Assembly (NCBI GenBank): GCA_977017645.1 | Contig: OZ360223.1 | Location: 200,384,001-200,448,000, forward strand | Source of the DNA: Torpedo marmorata | Taxonomy: Eukaryota | DNA: 64,000 nt | Direction of reading: 5' to 3' | Shown here: in pieces, positions 60,931 through 64,000 of the stretch | Position numbering within the stretch: the stretch's first letter is position 1 | Layout of the letters: each line of letters begins with the position of its first letter | Made by a program: the position numbers and the translations under genes | The notes under the pieces: generated by a model | Seen by the model: only the letters and a program-made list of their open reading frames with translations | Told to the model about the DNA's origin: nothing | Databases searched by the model: none

Positions 60931-61449
60931 GCTCTTTTTTTGTCAGAGTTGACATGGAGTTTCAATGCTGATGGACTGCACTCATCCAGAGAAGAAAGAA
61001 TACCATTACACTCCTGATGTGAGTCTTGCAAACAGTGAAAGTATTTCAAGATCAATGAGATAAGTCACATGGAGCCAAAACTTACCTCTGGCCTGCACTA
61101 CAATAACAGTATATACAGTACCAAGGTGGCCCATTTCAATTTTGAAAAAAATCAAAACTGTAAAATGCTAGATCTTTGAAATAAAAATGGAAAATATTAG
61201 AAAGGTGTGGCAGACAGCAGCATCTATGAAAAGAAAAAGATTCAAGTGCCTCAGTGTCATGGCTTCAGTGGGGCAGAATTTGTGAGATGCATCCAAGAGG
61301 GTTTCTTAAAAGGGTTTGTTAACAGTCCAACTCTGGTAATGTATGAGATGATGCACTACGGAATGAGCCTCTCCAGGTGATTGAAGTTTCAGTGGGGGAA
61401 TCTTGGAAAATATCATAATTCCACATTATGGATATGGTCCTTGGGTGAG

Positions 61450-64000
61450 AGAACTAAATTTGAGCAAGGGGAAGGAGCTCGAGCTGTTGGGGAGGGTTTC
61501 AACGAGTTTGGCAGTGGGGTGGGAACCAGAATGTGAGTGCAGAAAATAGGGCAGAAGGTCAAAAGCATGATGCAATGTGTTCTGAGTTTGTGAGGAAGGA
61601 CAGGCATAAACGTAGTCAGCTAGAGGGTTTGAAATGTGTCTATTTCTACACTAGGAGTATTAGGAATAAAGGGGATGAACTTAGAGAATGGATCAGTACG
61701 TGAAACTACGATGCTGTGGCCGTTACAGAGACTTGGTTGGAGGAAGGGCAGGATTGGCTGATGCAGGTACCAGGGTTTAAGTGTTTTAAAAGGAATAGGA
61801 TGGGAGGTAAGAGAGGAGGGGGAGCAGCATTACTGGTCAGGGATAGTATCAAGGCTATAGAAAGGGAGGACGCTGCAGAGGGAGTGTCTACTGAGAGTTG
61901 TGGGTGGAAGTCAGAAATAGGGAGGAAGCAATCACTGTACTAGGAGTAGTCTATAGGCCCCCAAATAGCCCTCGGGACACCGAAGAGCAGATAAGCAGGC
62001 AGATTTTGGAATGGTGCAGGAAATACAGGGCTATAGTTATGGGAGATTTCAACTTCCCTAATATTGACTGGCACTTCCTGACTGCAAGAGGGATGGATAG
62101 GGCTGAATTTGTCAGGTGTGTTCAAGAAGGGTTTCTGACACAGTATGTGGACCAGCCGACGAAAGGAGAGGCCATACTGGATCTAGCTCTGGGTAATGAA
62201 CCTGGTCAGGTGGCGGACCTCTCGGTGGGGGAGCATTTTGGTGAGAGTGACCACAACTCCCTGAGCTTTAGCATAGCTATGGATAAGGATAAAAGCAGAC
62301 AAAATGGGTAAGTGTTTAATTGGGGAAGGGCTAATTATGATGGGATGAGACAGGAACGAGCAAGAGTAAACTGGAAACAGATGTTCAAAGGTGAAAGCAC
62401 AGAATTAATGTGGAGGAAGTTCAGGGACCATTTGTGTTGGGTTCAGGGACAGGTTTGTCCCATTAGGACAGGGAAAATATGGTAGGAAAGGGGAACCATG
62501 GTTGACAAAGCAGGCGAGGCAGCTCGTCAAGAGGAAGAAGGAAGCATACATTAGATATAGGAAGCAGGAAGGGCTCATGAGAATTACCGGTATATGGTAG
62601 CCAGCAAGGAGCTAAAGGACTTAGGAGAGCTCGAAGGGAGCATGAGAGGCCTTGGCATGTAGGATTAAGGAGAACCCCAAGGCATTCAATGCGTATGTGA
62701 AGAACAGAAGGATGACGAGAATGAAGGTGGAGCCACTAAAAGATAAAGGAGGCAATATGTGCCCGGAGGCGGAGGAAGTTGGGGAGGTCCTAAATGAATA
62801 CTTTGCGTCAGCATTCACAAGAGAAAAGGACCTTGATCAGGGTGAGGTTGGAATAGAACAGGCTTGTGTGCTGGACAACGCGGAGATTAAGGAAGAGGAA
62901 GTGTTGGATCTTCTTAAAAAAACATCAAGATTGATACATCCCCGGGGCCAGACGCAATATACCCGAGGTTGCTGTGGGAAGTGAGGGAAGAGATAGCTGG
63001 AGCAATAGCTATGATCTTTGAGATCTTCTTTGGCCACAGGAGAAGTGCCGGAGGATTGGAGAATGGCAAATGTAGTCCCCTTGTTTAAAAAGGGTAATAG
63101 GGAGAATCCTGGGAATTATAGACCAGTGAGTCTTACATCAGTGGTGTGCAAACTATTGGAGAGGATTCTTAAGGATAGGATCTATGAGCATTTGGAGAAG
63201 TACAGTCTACTCAAGGATAGTCAGCATGGTTTTGTGAAGGGAAGGTCATGCCTCACGAGCCTAATTTAGTTTTTTGAGGAGGTAACAAAAGAAATTGATG
63301 AGGGTAGGGCGGTAGATGTGGTCTACGTGGATTTTAGCAAGGCATTTGACAAGGTCCCCCATGAGAGACTCGTTCAGAAAGTCGTGAGGCATGGGATCCA
63401 TGGAGCTTTGGCTGTGTGGATAGAAAATTGGCTTGCAGGTAGAAAGCAGAGAGTAGTACTGTAGTGGAAGGAAAGTATTCTGCCTTGAGGTCAGTGACTA
63501 ATGGAGTACCGCGAGGATCTGTTCTGGGACCCCTGCTCTTTGTGATTTTTATAAATTACCTGGATGAAGAGGCGGAAGGATGGGTCAGTCAGTTTGCAGA
63601 TGGCATGAAGGTTGGAGGAGTTGTGGATGGAGCTGAAGGTTGTCGAAGGTTACAAGAGGATATAGACAGGATGCAGAGTTGGGCAGAGAAGTGGCAGATG
63701 GAGTTCAATCCGGATAAGTGTGAGATGATGCATTTTGGAAGGACAAACCTGAAGGCTGAGTAGAGGGTTAATGGTCAGTTATTTAAGAGTGTGGATGAAC
63801 AGAGGGACCCTGGGGTCCAAATCCATACATCCCTCAAGGTCGCCGCACAGGTTGATAGGATAGTTAAGGTGGCCTATGGAATGCTGGGCTTCATTAATGG
63901 GAGATTGAGTTCAAGAGTAGAGAGGTCATGTTGCAACTCTACAAATCTCTGGTGAGACCACACTGAGAGTATTGTGTTCAGTTCTGGTCACCTCATGATA
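61450..64000 (+). mobile_element. CR1 LINE with APE endonuclease and RT remnants, running off the window
   Basis: AVTETWL, VYRPPNS, MGDFNFPNIDW, ILDLALGN and SDHNSL (APE); NYRPVSLTS, QHGF and GVPRGSVLGPLLF (RT); multiple stops and frameshifts. Confidence 0.92.

Overview
Eukaryotic (vertebrate) DNA, most likely a cartilaginous fish (ray/shark), inferred from HE1-like tRNA-derived SINEs and abundant CR1/HER1, Rex1/Babar, L1 and Penelope-like retroelements. More than half of the window is transposon-derived, and nearly every long ORF in the supplied track is a TE fragment or the antisense shadow of one. The only host gene signal is a 39-nt coding first exon on the minus strand (16758-16720, MDDSSILRRRGLQ, followed by a GTAAGA donor). 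It matches the N-terminus of short isoforms of MAST-family (microtubule-associated Ser/Thr) kinases and sits beside a CpG-enriched putative internal promoter, so the window is probably one very large MAST intron region. Structural highlights: (1) a three-level nest of a pogo/POGK-like DNA transposon, a full-length L1 and a 5'-truncated L1 of the same family, each bounded by readable target-site duplications (TSDs); (2) Penelope-like elements with minimal hammerhead-ribozyme-like motifs, three copies sharing a UUGAUGA core variant, plus small fold-back derivatives with TSDs; (3) an L1 insertion with a twin-priming-like inversion; (4) a truncated Gypsy provirus and a related solo LTR; (5) a 32-bp/96-bp higher-order minisatellite; (6) a triple CSL/RBPJ-site repeat. 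I found no CRISPR array, rRNA, bona fide tRNA or prokaryote-type system, and I cannot claim a wholly new biological system from sequence alone. Family assignments come from motif recognition, not database searches.
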